A stretch of 64,000 nt of DNA from Rhynchobatus australiae (lineage: Eukaryota), in the NCBI GenBank assembly GCA_034780895.1, contig JAUZTB010000064.1, forward strand, positions 83,934,300 to 83,998,299. Direction: 5' to 3'. A program made the position numbers and the translations under genes. Position 1 is the first letter of the stretch, and every line of letters begins with the position of its first letter. The notes beneath the pieces are model-generated. The model did no database searches, was not told where the DNA came from, and saw only the letters and a program-made list of their open reading frames with translations. This document shows positions 63,851-64,000 of the stretch, one piece after another.

Positions 63851-64000
63851 ATTTCTATTAAATTTATTATAATTTAGTTTTAACTCACTGCCAAATGTAC
63901 AGTTATAAACATGGCATAAGAGTTTGCTTTGCTAGAAAATGGATTTAAATCAATGGGCTAAAACCATTGAGGCAAGTTTTGATGTAAATAAGCTATTCAT

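Noticed and set aside
1-64000. CRISPR arrays, operons, rRNA genes or viral genes
   Set aside because: I saw no regularly spaced repeats, gene-dense segments or recognisable rRNA or viral sequence.

Overview
Repeat-rich, AT-rich vertebrate genomic DNA. The repeat repertoire (HE1/V-type tRNA SINEs, CR1/HER1-like LINEs, Deu-type SINE, Penelope-like elements, Rex1-like tails) points to a cartilaginous fish; this is inferred from remembered consensus sequences, not from a search. It is a draft scaffold with many short N gaps, mostly about 100 N, several with duplicated flanks. The only host-gene sequence I can support is the 5' part of the last coding exon of an XK-family scramblase, most like XKR9 (minus strand, 18572 to the gap at 18421). 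The rest is intronic or intergenic, filled with decayed transposons: two Ty3/Gypsy pol remnants, many CR1 fragments, RTE, L2, Tx1, Rex1-like and Harbinger pieces, three SINE families, and about ten Penelope-like fragments. The Penelope-like terminal repeats carry a minimal type I hammerhead ribozyme motif. Also worth checking: a foldback Penelope unit with a hammerhead motif on each strand, a 34-bp hairpin in unique sequence, nested insertions, and Pbx-Hox/Meis motif clusters. Almost all ORFs in the supplied track are spurious or gap-inflated. I see no convincing new multi-gene system. Repeat boundaries are approximate (read by eye).
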